From: Parasitella parasitica NRRL 2501
Taxonomy: Eukaryota; Fungi; Mucoromycota
Direction: 5' to 3'
Length of the DNA: 64,000 nt
Assembly (NCBI GenBank): GCA_025201805.1
Contig: MU619366.1
Coordinates: 26,663-90,662, forward strand
Of this stretch, positions 47,942-60,008 are shown in pieces. Below the pieces are notes generated by a model. That model had not been told where the DNA came from. It did not search any database and saw nothing but the letters and a program-made list of their open reading frames with translations. Position 1 is the stretch's first letter, and each line of letters opens with the position of its first letter. The position numbers and the translations under genes were made by a program.

Positions 47942-50164
47942 ATGACAGCGTATACATTGCTAGAAAAAGAGCAGACCAAAAGAAAGCTATCTTACAGGTC
48001 GTGGTACATTTTGGGCATTAGCTTAACAGCTGCAGCTGTGGTAGGTTACTTTATCTTTGCATATCAACACATTGAAAGCGATCAGGATGCCGTTCCAGAT
48101 GCAAATACAACAGTTCCAGTCAGATCAATCAACTTTACTGTCCCAACGCAAGAACAGCTCTATTTTGTCGACCTGGATAAATACCCAATTGAAGATAGTT
48201 TGATCCAAGCATTTCAAAAGAACACGGCGGATCTGGTCAAGAAAGTGACAATCGATAAACTACTGCGTCTACAGCATAGCAACGATCAGCGCATTGAGTC
48301 TTGGGCCGATCGTTGGCTGAGCAAGGACAATAATCAAACAAACGCATCTACTTTTTCCTGCGACAACCAGCCATTGCCGTATCCGATTCTTCGCCATTTA
48401 GCAACTGAATATTTTCCATTAAAAAACGCAGATGGCTTCTATGACCAAGACCAAGATATAGCATTCAGCTATGATTCGCCCATCTTACTACTACCGTTTG
48501 CAACGCATCCCAAGCTGGTTCAGGGAATGCAGCTTTGCATCCGGGTCCTGGTGCCTTTTCATAATGTTGGGAAGGACGACATCCATCGTTTGCTCTATAG
48601 ACCGTATCCTCAGAACAACGCACAGCTCACAAGTCCTTGGTGGGACACAATGATGACTTCCCTAAGACATGTCCATACCAACGCTAGCATTCCTGTTCAC
48701 ATGCAGCCCTGGTCTGGACACCGCAATTTACGCCAGCGTACTCGAGAATTGAATCATGTAAATAATCAGATACCTGAATGGTCCCGACTGCGAGAAGATG
48801 AGCTGTATGAAAGAGAACGCACACATGTCTATGAAGCGCAGATTACTCTACCTCACGAAGGCTCCTGGCAGCTATCCAGTTTACTGGAATTTGTCGAAGC
48901 ACGATACAATTTTGAATATGGCCCGGTCTCGCCGTACAAGCCAATACAAATACCTGTGTTTCCCACTAATCTTGAATATATAAACATCTCGTCAAATTCG
49001 CAACAAGAAAAGCCCATCAGAACTGACCAAGAAATTCTCAAAGAGCATCTTGCACTACCACTTTGCAAAGGCTTCAAAAACCCTGGCAGATGGCTCCCAT
49101 TCCCTAAAAATAGCTCCCCCGAAGCTAACGATGAGCTGGCACAGCTTGTAGATCTAACCAGGGATGGAAAATACTGGGCTCCTTATTCGTGTCGTTTGCG
49201 CCATCTTTCCTACGAACAGTTCAATCGATGCGCGTCTAAAAAATATCCCCGTGGGATGAACCTGTATGGTGATTCAAACACTCGCAGGTCGATCAAAAAG
49301 TTCTTGAGTCATGGTCAATGGTGCAAAGGATGGGAGAACCACATTGTCAACCCATTGCTTCCTGACAACCAAAAACCATCCATCAATTCCACATATTTGC
49401 TACGCCGTGATGAGCCTAACTCGTCTTCACCACCTGATGATGGTGTGTATCATTCGCCCCAAGAGTATAGGTATTCTGAAGAAGCACAGACTCGTAGCTG
49501 CTACTGTGAAGACTATAGCGAAGCTCACTGGAACAAAACATGGTTTGATCCTACGGCAAGAAGATTCAATATGGTGTACAGCAACAATGAAGCACAGGCA
49601 AATGCACTTGGAGTCACTGAATGGGATGACAAACCAGTGAATGGATCTACGGCTCCACTACACAGTAACGATACTTTCTCAGTGAGCTCGTATAAATGGG
49701 ATGGCCTCACTTATCTCAATTATCCTGGATGGGACACAGCTATTTCCTCAAGCCCTCGTGAAGTGGATATAGCAATTTTCTCGCTTGGCAACTGGGATGC
49801 AGCATTCACTGAATTAGATCCATTTTTGAAGGATGCCGATCGTCTTATCCGCCAAATCAAGGAGTTTTACGACCTCAGCAGGACAAAAATCATTTATCGA
49901 ACAGCACAATATTATTGCTGCAGAATTGACGTGTCGGGACGCACACGCCAAGTGAGTGGGCCTAGATTGGATTCCTTTGAACAGCAAGTGCAAAGTCGAT
50001 TCCAAACAGAATTAAAGGCTGAAATCTGGGATACGTATTCGCTGGGTGAAAGCAAGACGTGGGATGAAAAAATAATCGGTATTACTTGTCCTTCAAACCA
50101 TGTGCCAGCAGATCAAGTAGATATTGAAAATCAAATTTTAATGAATGGTCTTTGCAATTCTTGA
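47942..50164 (+). CDS. Type II membrane protein with SGNH/PC-esterase-like (TBL/NXPE-like) acyl-esterase or O-acyltransferase domain, intronless
   Basis: Single N-terminal TM segment; LPLCKG...PGRW, YWAPYSC, LYGDSNTRR, SLGNWD, C-terminal CPSNHV...ENQILMNGLC. Confidence 0.7.
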   Translation: MTAYTLLEKEQTKRKLSYRSWYILGISLTAAAVVGYFIFAYQHIESDQDAVPDANTTVPVRSINFTVPTQEQLYFVDLDKYPIEDSLIQAFQKNTADLVKKVTIDKLLRLQHSNDQRIESWADRWLSKDNNQTNASTFSCDNQPLPYPILRHLATEYFPLKNADGFYDQDQDIAFSYDSPILLLPFATHPKLVQGMQLCIRVLVPFHNVGKDDIHRLLYRPYPQNNAQLTSPWWDTMMTSLRHVHTNASIPVHMQPWSGHRNLRQRTRELNHVNNQIPEWSRLREDELYERERTHVYEAQITLPHEGSWQLSSLLEFVEARYNFEYGPVSPYKPIQIPVFPTNLEYINISSNSQQEKPIRTDQEILKEHLALPLCKGFKNPGRWLPFPKNSSPEANDELAQLVDLTRDGKYWAPYSCRLRHLSYEQFNRCASKKYPRGMNLYGDSNTRRSIKKFLSHGQWCKGWENHIVNPLLPDNQKPSINSTYLLRRDEPNSSSPPDDGVYHSPQEYRYSEEAQTRSCYCEDYSEAHWNKTWFDPTARRFNMVYSNNEAQANALGVTEWDDKPVNGSTAPLHSNDTFSVSSYKWDGLTYLNYPGWDTAISSSPREVDIAIFSLGNWDAAFTELDPFLKDADRLIRQIKEFYDLSRTKIIYRTAQYYCCRIDVSGRTRQVSGPRLDSFEQQVQSRFQTELKAEIWDTYSLGESKTWDEKIIGITCPSNHVPADQVDIENQILMNGLCNS

Positions 50165-50245
50165 ACAATTAAAATTACACTACTATACTATGATACATTT
50201 TGCTTTTCTTTTTTCTTCGATTGTTGATTGGGTTGTTTGCGATGA

Positions 50246-50843
50246 TTATTGACCATGTACGGCAGGCTCTCCATTTTCTGTCAAAGCATGGTGGCCAATG
50301 TCTATCGTTTTGTCGTCAGATTTGCGAACAACTGTGAATTCCACCGTGGTCCATTTTTGCCCTCCACGCTTTGAGATAAAGTGAACGCGGGCAACTTGGC
50401 CTGTAAAGTGATTAATAAAGCAGCAACTCACTTGGTTCCCTTGGAAACGTACCGGTTGACCCCTTGACATCGAATGCAATGTCGATTTTACCCTTCAAAT
50501 GATTCACAGTGCCACTAATCCAAGGCCACGAGTCTGCATAATCGACATGATCGCCTACAAGCGCAATAACACGAGGATCGTAGCGTACCATAAAGAGGGT
50601 ACCATGAACCACACTGCTCGACAAACGCTGATGATTTAAAGCTGCTCCAAGGCCAACGGCCCACACAACAGCACCAACGCCAATACCGGTCCATAACCAG
50701 CGCTTCCTAGATGGTGGTGGTGGTTTGGGCAATTCCCGCTCTACAACAACAGTTTTGGATGCAAATTGGCGACGAGCACTGGAAGGTAAAAGTGTGCGAG
50801 TCAAGGGGCGAGTCAATAGCAATCGAGATGATACAAATGACAT
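50246..50843 (-). CDS. COA1: Cytochrome c oxidase assembly factor 1 family; one intron ~50452-50401
   Basis: Mitochondrial-type presequence MSFVSSRLLLTRPLTR; NHQRLSSSVVHGTLFMVRYD, WPWISGTVNHLKGKIDIAFDVKG. Confidence 0.8.
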
Positions 50844-51579
50844 TTTCACTACTCTTGAAGAAAAAGGCTTTGGGTTGTTTCGGATGCCCCCCCCCATCAG
50901 ACACCACACCATCATGTTGGGATTCATCGTCACATTTGGACCCAGTGAGTGAACAGCATGCAAATGGAGTCAATGCAATCACTTTGAAAAGGCTAACTTT
51001 CTCGGGGCTCAATGCATCGCATGCTGTGGAGAACATCTTCTTGATTTGATCAGAAATACTCACCTTTAGCTACTATTACTTGTCATTTATACAGTGTATG
51101 CTATACAAACAACCCGGCGCAAATGCCATGCGTTTGTACCATTGCATTTTTCTTCTTGCCAGCCGCCAGGATAAAAATCTTTTTTTACAGGGCTGCCTAG
51201 CAATACCATTGCACGAATATTATGGAAATCCGGTGTTTCCAGAACTATGAGCAAAGCAAATTGCCAAGATCTTAAAAGTTGACCTGATATGCGATACGTT
51301 GCCTGGCTGATATGACAATACGAAATTAAATAAAATGTTAGTTCTGCAACCAGTGACTGAAATCAACAAGGCTTTCAGGTCGTTTATCAAAGATGCCCTT
51401 TGTTTGCTCATTCTTTAGGATCTGCATTGGGTCTTTCAGTTTGCTTGAGCAGGACGTAGATCCTTCACCATTAATCAAACCCCCTTAAAATCCTATTATA
51501 GTATCCGGGAAAAAAAAAAAGTACAAATGTATATGTATAACAGGGCTTCTTATGTATCGCTTTTGTGTGTTTATTGTGA

Positions 51580-53080
51580 TCATTAGAGCTTTTCGAAACA
51601 AACATCAAGAAATCTGACATATTGGCTTTGCCAAAGCAATTTCCTAACCTCCAAGACTTCGTCTGGACTGACAGTAATGACGATACTGATGAAGACGAAG
51701 AGTTCGATGACGAAGAATCTCTTGCCGAAGACGATAACGGTTATTTTGATGATTTTGATGATTTTGATGATTCTGTTGGCTTTCAATGTTCAGACGTTGA
51801 TACTCTTAAAGATTATGAACGACTTGTCAACGAACAAAACGCTAAACACCGGGATAGAATCACCAGTTTTAAAGAAGAAGGTCACTTCCCTTTGGCTAAG
51901 AAGATACTGGAAAACAATGGATTTTGCAATCTTAGTAATTTGAACCTCGAAATTGGTTATACCGATTATAGTTCATTGTCAATAAAGCATCTTGAGAAGG
52001 CTTCCAAACTGAAAACACCCCATTTGGTTAATGGCAGCATGTCAACGCTAATATTTGACGAACTATGTTCAAATGTGCAGCAATTGGAGACTCTTCAATT
52101 ATCAAGTATCTGTATAGCAGGGCCAAATGAGAATTTGCCAGCGTTCGCTACTTTGAAAAAATTGGAAAAGCTTCAGATAGTTGACTGCGAAGAGGAAAGT
52201 AATGGAAGAATGCTAAAGCGTATGGCTGGAAAGTGTCCAAATTTGAAAAGCTTGAATATCTGCCCTAATGACAATATATTAAACTGGGATGATGAGGAAG
52301 TTAATCTTGCAGCTATTGCTTCTAGCTGTTCTCATCTTGCAGCTCTCGCTTCTAGCTGCCCTAATCTCAAATGTTGTGATGTGGACTTTTACCCTATCAA
52401 GCCAGAGATTTTAGCTGCAATAGACGCCAGTGGAAACGATAACAGCAGCATCAAAGGACATTACAAAAGACATTAATGATCCAATTGCCTCTAATCAAAT
52501 AAATTCTATAGAGACCATGACGGTAGATTGTTCACTTATATCAAATTTCCCGAATCCCCATAAGAAGGATTTTTTTCAAAGCCTTGCAATGGATCCCCAA
52601 ACTCAAGTATTTGACAAAGAAAGCTAGAAATGGCACCCCCATCGCTATCAATGAATTCTTGCAGCACTGTCCACATCTGGAAACAATTAATCTTCAAGAA
52701 TGCTGGCTTCAGCTTGTATCTGGCGGGAGCGACAATTTTAAAATAAAGCTGAAAGGTTAGATACTGGAACGCGTTCAGTTGATTCATAACTCAAATGGAA
52801 AAGTTATGCCGTTTATTTCAAAAACATGCCCTAAATTATCCACGCTTGAAATCCGTTATGATGATATTTCTAATAGCATCGAGATTGAAATTTGCTTCTA
52901 TCATAATACACTGCATGGCTAACAGCAAAGAACACAACCAAGTGAAAAATAAGCACAAAACGAGATTGTTCGAGGTCATAAAAGGTCATCCAAGAATAAT
53001 TAATGCTCTTCAAGCATGGGAAGAAATTGGTGTTTCTTTGACATATGCATGCTGTGGTATGTTGAAGATTGGACAATAAT
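51580..53080 (+). pseudogene. Degenerate RNI-like leucine-rich-repeat gene (F-box/LRR type)
   Basis: Repeated (C/F)PNLKxL units (FPNLQDF, CPNLKSLNI, CPNLKCC, CPKLSTL); frames broken near 52450 and 52620; no clear ATG start. Confidence 0.55.
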
Positions 53081-56000
53081 ATGTTTCAGAGCCTAGTGGA
53101 AGCTGTCGTCTTTGATAGTCAATGTAATTATACAAAGCACCAATAACTCTAGCTTTTCTTGCACTTCTACCTTCAATGCTTGTTCTTTTTTATGATACCA
53201 CGCCTCTTTTTTTCCTATGACCATAATTCTAATATGAATACTTTCAAGGTTTTTAGAATAAAATTACAAGATGTATGCCAACAATGATAATTTTCGATTT
53301 GTGTATATTGTATACATACACACATGTAAAGTAGAAATGTGGAAAAAGTAAACCAAAAGAAAAAGCATTTATCTTATCTTTGAACTATACATGTCGCTAC
53401 GCTACGGTACAGTAGTCATTTACATGTAATATGCACAGTACATATATAACTTGGGATATTGCATAGTAACGAGTGTTTATCATACCTAAGGCTGGCTTAG
53501 CACCAAGGAAACTATGCTATTTCCAGTTTATCTTGGTGATTTTTAGCAATAAATTATTACTAGTTTTTAGAAATGAAAAACTAGAACAAAGACTGATACT
53601 GTAATTTACTTTTTTTTCTTTTTTTTTTTTTTTCAACTAATTTTGAAAATTAAAATTTCTTCAAAAGCTTGCTAAAAATATTAACGCCTTAATAAGTAAT
53701 AATACCTTGTTTATATGAAAAGCTACAGGCTTTTATATGTATTTTTATATGAAATTCGTTGTTTTCTGCTGAAAACTTCATGTATATACTATTTTTCATC
53801 TTTTCATCAGATAGCGCCGGGTCAACTCTATGTTTTCCAAGTTCGATCTCTCTACTATAGTTTGTTTGGCAGATTGAACGGTTATTGCATGATCAATTCT
53901 TTTGTCTGTCAGCCGCTCAAACAGCAGCACACTTCTGTGCCTTCAGATATAGATCCAAACGAGGTCTGACGAAATCGAAGATCACTGGTTCAACATTGTT
54001 TGTCGAAGCCATAGTAAAGCCAAAATATAATCTGCAATTAGGGTCCAAGAGTTAATGAATAAATTACCTTGCGATATGTTATCCTGAATAGTGGCTGTGT
54101 ACTAGCAAATATTTTCAATGATCTACTTCGAACCTTGATCTTTTCTTAGCCAGGTTTAGCGACCGTTATCTCTAGGAAATGGTCTCACTATGATGGCCAA
54201 AGGTGTTTTGAGGACATTTCGATTAGCGCTGGAAATATCGCTATAATTGTTACCGACAAATCTTAAAATTGAATGTTGCAAGAAATTAGTATTCTCAATT
54301 CCTCGAAGAGATACTTTGGATGGCATGAAAATCACGATCAATTGGGAAACTGACACATGGCTTGTTGAGAACAATACTAGAAAAATATATCTACCGGTTT
54401 AGTATCGTAATAAAAGGGAAGACTCCGAAAGATTTGATAACGCTACTATCTTATCCTCATTACAAAAACTGCAAATGGAATTGCAAAAGGTTGAAAAAGA
54501 GTCTTGATGTAGATGTCAAATATTTCAATGCAATAAAATAAGACCTGCAATATTTCACAGCTTTCAACTATGTTTGAATAGTAAAAGAAATATATCCATT
54601 CATTACCGATACAAACGCGGAATATTTAAATAAATGTGAAAAAATGCCATGTTGAATATCTTAAGTTATACAATCCTTTATTGAAAAAAAACATTAAATA
54701 ATAAGAACGCATTCATAAACGTTATATTATACGAAATAGTGCTAATTTTTTTGTGTCAATGTGTTCTTAATAAGCAATTGTTAGTTCTATTAAAAGAGCA
54801 ATATCGATCACTGATCTATGTAATATATCAATTAATACATTTATCAACCATTTGATTGTATGATTGAAAATGCGAACCATTAGTAATGCTATAGTCAATT
54901 CGCAATGATGACATGGTCAATAAGCTGACCATTGTCTTAGTGTTAATTGATTGATCAATTTAATTATTGCTGATCCATAATTACGAGTTTATCATTCTAC
55001 CCACAATATTCAAGTTTTGTAAACATTGATTAGCACAGTTGAGAATTCAGTCAATATTTTTTGCCAGGGTAAAAATTGTTGTGCCAGTGTCAAAGGGCGC
55101 AGCATAATGTTATGTAAATAAGATTTGTATAAAGTAATAAAGACTTTCTGAATAAAACCAGATACAAAACTGAAGACTTTTATTGACATAAGATATGATC
55201 TCTATTTATACTAAAATATATNNNNNNNNNNNNNNNNNNNNNNNNNNNNNNNNNNNNNNNNNNNNNNNNNNNNNNNNNNNNNNNNNNNNNNNNNNNNNNN
55301 NNNNNNNNNNNNNNNNNNNNNNNNNNNNNNNNNNNNNNNNNNNNNNNNNNNNNNNNNNNNNNNNNNNNNNNNNNNNNNNNNNNNNNNNNNNNNNNNNNNN
55401 NNNNNNNNNNNNNNNNNNNNNNNNNNNNNNNNNNNNNNNNNNNNNNNNNNNNNNNNNNNNNNNNNNNNNNNNNNNNNNNNNNNNNNNNNNNNNNNNNNNN
55501 NNNNNNNNNNNNNNNNNNNNNNNNNNNNNNNNNNNNNNNNNNNNNNNNNNNNNNNNNNNNNNNNNNNNNNNNNNNNNNNNNNNNNNNNNNNNNNNNNNNN
55601 NNNNNNNNNNNNNNNNNNNNNNNNNNNNNNNNNNNNNNNNNNNNNNNNNNNNNNNNNNNNNNNNNNNNNNNNNNNNNNNNNNNNNNNNNNNNNNNNNNNN
55701 NNNNNNNNNNNNNNNNNNNNNNNNNNNNNNNNNNNNNNNNNNNNNNNNNNNNNNNNNNNNNCATTCAATCTTGGAATAGCAAAATAAATATATTCAGTTC
55801 TAATTGTATTTTTCTGGCTATATTTTGTTATTCTAAACAAAGAGAAGATTGGGTAGGATGTCTTCCCGACATCCCGCGATCTGATCTAGATGTATTCTTT
55901 GAATAAGCCTGGAACCTTGCAAGAGGTCCAATTACAACTTGTAGCTTATTCCTTATTTGTAAAAGAATTACCAACAATTAATATCATGATCCGTGCATAA

Positions 56001-56236
56001 TGACTAAGTTAGATATGACATATGTAGCCTTTATATGGATACAACAAAAATACCAAAACCATGTCCCACGCCCTGTTTTTAGGCCATTTAACAATATTCG
56101 TTACCTGTTTCTACAACTACTACAGCTCAACAAGAAGGCTAAAGAAGCATACCAATCATAGCAAATCAATGTAATAGTTAATCGTTTACAAGATTCAGAT
56201 ATCAAAACGCAACGTATGCCAATAGATTGTAAATTT

Positions 56237-57108
56237 TGATTTATCAGAATGAGAAATTATTCAAATGAAACGGGTTTAAATTAATCACGTAAAGATCTCA
56301 TTTATCACATGGAGAGAGAGAGAGATACGCAAATTCACCTATTAGAATCATGCCTTACTCCTCAATTGAAAATATGATGGTCCACTAATATCTAGATTTT
56401 CAGTTTGTTTTGGATAGCTTCTTGCTAGATATCTCAAGAAAGTAATAGTTACATCGGATATGCGTTCTAAATATTTTACGACAATTAATAAATTCACTGT
56501 ATGTAACCATATATATTAAAAGACTATACAAACACATTTTCTTATTACTAATTTTCAAATATTCAAAAAACGCCCTCTTTGATAGTTTTTGAGTAAAATC
56601 AAGCATATTTTGAGCACACTCAGCTCTATAGAGTTGACCAAACAAACCATTCTGTCAATACCTACACGTCAATATTTTGTTTATGACTGTAGCTCTATTA
56701 TTTATGCCGAAAATTAAAATTTTGTTTCGACCAAAACCAATCAGTATATTTTCGTCCCTTGATTTGTAGGGCCAAAATGGGGCCATTCAAAGGGTAAAAA
56801 ATCATAGTGTTTTTCGCCATTATCTCTCTCAAAAATTGAATTTTTTTAACAAAAAAAAAACTATTTCGTAGCTATTTTGTAGCTTTATGATTTTATTGCT
56901 ATATTTTGTATCGTTAAAGACTATTTATTGCTTTTATGCTTTGACCCCAAACCTCATATTTGATTTTCAGTTTTCAACCTTGAGGGTCAACCTTCAGGGT
57001 CAATATTGGGTATGGATTTCGGGCCCGAGCCAAGTACGCATCCAAGTACTGGTATGATAATTTTACCTCACTGATTTATCAGAATGAGAAATTATTCAAA
57101 TAAAACGG
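56237..57108 (+). repeat. 37-bp direct repeat pair (starts 56237 and 57072)
   Basis: tgatttatcagaatgagaaattattcaaat(g/a)aaacgg at both positions. Confidence 0.85.
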
Positions 57109-58303
57109 TTGTNNNNNNNNNNNNNNNNNNNNNNNNNNNNNNNNNNNNNNNNNNNNNNNNNNNNNNNNNNNNNNNNNNNNNNNNNNNNNNNNNNNNNNNN
57201 NNNNNNNNNNNNNNNNNNNNNNNNNNNNNNNNNNNNNNNNNNNNNNNNNNNNATGAACATGTCATGTTGAGTTATAAATAAGGAACATGATCCATTGGGA
57301 TATGTTCCTGAATTGTGTTCAGGATTGAGTTTACTTGAGTTTGACTTCCGGTTGGGAAACTGACACATCACTCACTACGTCTTCCGATTCTCAATATCTA
57401 TCTTTGCTGTCAAGGTATTCCCAATGTACCAGATTTTGCAAATTTTGCAGATTTTACAGTATATGTTCCTATAACAAGTACTGTATTTTGCAACTAAACC
57501 AAGTTTACGTTCCTAAGTAAAGTAATAAAGCACATTTTGGTACACTTACTAGTGTTAAACATGTTGTAAAAAAGCTCGAATTCGACAATCTAGAGCCAAT
57601 TTTGTCTTTTTACGTTAAAATTTGTCCCCCTATTTCTCTACAAACCACTATGACAACTTGGCCTGAGTAATTAATAAAATATTTTTAAAACTTAGTTTTC
57701 TGCTAGTTGCATTAGTGTTAGATAGATATGTCGAAAAAAAAAATTTTTCAGATATTTTTAGCAGAGGCTTCATTTATTTTCACAGTTTTCAGAGTAATGA
57801 ATGGTACTTAAAGATACATGATATACCAATATTAAAATGGAGCAACAAAATAGCTACCAAAGGATTTTAGTTTGGTCAGAAAATACCAATTTTTGAGCGA
57901 GAAAATCTCGAAAAACGAAATTGATTTTTACCCTTTTGAATGGCTTCATTTTGGCCCTCTAAACATAGGACCGGAAGATGGTGGATTCATTTTGGTCGAG
58001 ACAAGATTTTGATTTTTGGCAGATACAATAAAGCTACAGTTGTAAACAAAGTATTGATTTGTAGGAATTGACATGATCGTTTGTTTGGTCAACTTTATAG
58101 AGTTGAATGTGCTCAGAATATGCTTGATTTCACTCAAAAACTATCAAAAATGGTGTTTTTTGAATATTTGAAAATTGGTAATAAAAAAAGGTGTTTCTAT
58201 AACCTTGTAATATACATGGTTGGATGCAGAATTTAACTTTTGTTATAAAACACTTAGTTCGCATATCCGATATACTTATTGCGTTTATGAGTTATTTAGC
58301 AAT
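56420..58303. repeat. Long diverged inverted repeat: arms ~56420-56925 and ~57800-58303
   Basis: For example gatagtttttgagtaaaatcaagcatattttgagcac (56581) matches the reverse complement of gtgctcagaatatgcttgatttcactcaaaaactatc (58109-58145); similarity continues along ~500 bp. Confidence 0.9.
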
Positions 58304-59671
58304 GAACGATGCGAAAAAAAGTCCGAAACTTGTTTGAGTCAAATGGAAACACAGTGTGAGATTCAATCTACAGTCTCTTTTTTTTCCGCTATAAAGGAGT
58401 GCAACACCTATTCTCAACTTAATAAAAATAAAAAAGCACGACTCTAACGGATAACTTGTGTATGATGTCTCAATACGAATCGATAGCCGGAATACCGCAT
58501 AATAATACGAGCTCAAAAACCATTTTTATATACCTCCTTCATTTTTGATTAAGTTCATGCTACCAAATCAAAGACATAACCCTTTTCCACGCTCAATAGC
58601 ATAATTTCCAATTACTGCTATGCTTACAAACTATTATGCGATGAAGGTACAACTTTCAGCCAAAAGAATTTCCATTTGAACTATTCTATATAACAACATA
58701 TCCAATTCTCAAATATTTCTGATCATTTTTCAGATTTTGCTATGAGTTTGATGTCAAAATAAGTCAGTAAAATGAATCTGCCAAAGAATTACACTTTTAT
58801 TAAAAATACATCCTCTGAATGTATTTATATAAACTAACATTATGTGCTAACGTCATTATATACAACTGCCGTAACCAACATTTATATATAGAGCATGCGG
58901 TGTAAATCCCTGATTTACCACGTATATTGGCTTTTAGCCCCTTGATTTTGCTACAAGGTCTATGGCATGTTATTGATATAACAATGAGTTTGGACGCCAC
59001 ACCTCATATTAGATTTTCAATTTGCAAATTTGCAGTAACCTTCAGGATCATTTTGAGTTATGGATTTAGGGTCCAAGGAAAGTATCAACCTTGTTCTAGC
59101 ACTAGTAGTACAATATAACTGTATCTCGACCGCGCTTTCCGAATTCCAATATCTATCTTAGTTGTCGAGATAACGCCAAAACAAGATTTTACTGAATTTA
59201 TAGCAAGTTATATGGATAAAGATTGATCAAGTCTTACGTCTATAAAAGTCTCCAGTTGTGTATTTGGAGTTTTACTGTGAAAAAGTCTTTATTACGTTAA
59301 AATAGCACATTTGCACAAAATTTCGCTGTGCGCTTTATATTGGGTAAAACAGAGATAATTTTAAAGAGAACACAATATTCCAAATTATACGGGAAAAGAT
59401 GCTCTCTTAAAAAAGAATATATACATAATTTCAACGATTGCTTTGTCAAACTCACATTTATAAGAGCAACTTGATTTGTGTCAATAGAGACAGAAAGCGT
59501 TTGGTATGCAGTAGTTTACGCAACCAAAAAAAAAAGCCTCTTTCTTGTGATTACAGATATATTTTGTTGTTTTTGCTTTATTCTACACGTTCATTGGACG
59601 GTGATGTGAACTACTGGCAGTCTTTCACACATCTTATTTGAATTAGTAAGACATTTCTTTATTAAGAACCG

Positions 59672-59936
59672 TGTCCTTGAGAACAACATTGAACATGACA
59701 AATAGCACCATTAACATTCAACATATAAAGACAATTGTACACCTTTGTGCTCCTTATGAACCACAATCGTTACTGCTTTCCCATGAAGCCTAAATTGGAG
59801 ACAATCCAGTTACTGCATTAGTAACATGAAATATACAGATTATATTTTATATAAATACATCCAAGATCTTTCAACTTGATGGATCTTGGCTTACATTTTT
59901 AACTTTGAATAAATATCGAAGAGTTATAATTGTACA
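59672..59936 (+). repeat. Candidate 5' LTR of the Ty3/gypsy element
   Basis: TGT...ACA ends, internal TATA-like tatataaata (~59849) and AATAAA (59908), ending 72 bp before the gag ATG; no second copy in the window to confirm it. Confidence 0.35.
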
Positions 59937-60008
59937 TCCTTTCCGCTTTTTTATTATATTTTTTTATCGCATTTTTTACAATTACACTATTGTTACGCTA
60001 CTCTGCTA

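Noticed and set aside
54156-54374. Sec24-like fragment (LKTPLAIIVRPF)
   Set aside because: The similarity covers only a few residues and no zinc-finger motif follows
55180-55840. Long ORFs made of X (also at 28755-29358, 31224-31838, 57084-57371)
   Set aside because: Artefacts of N-filled assembly gaps
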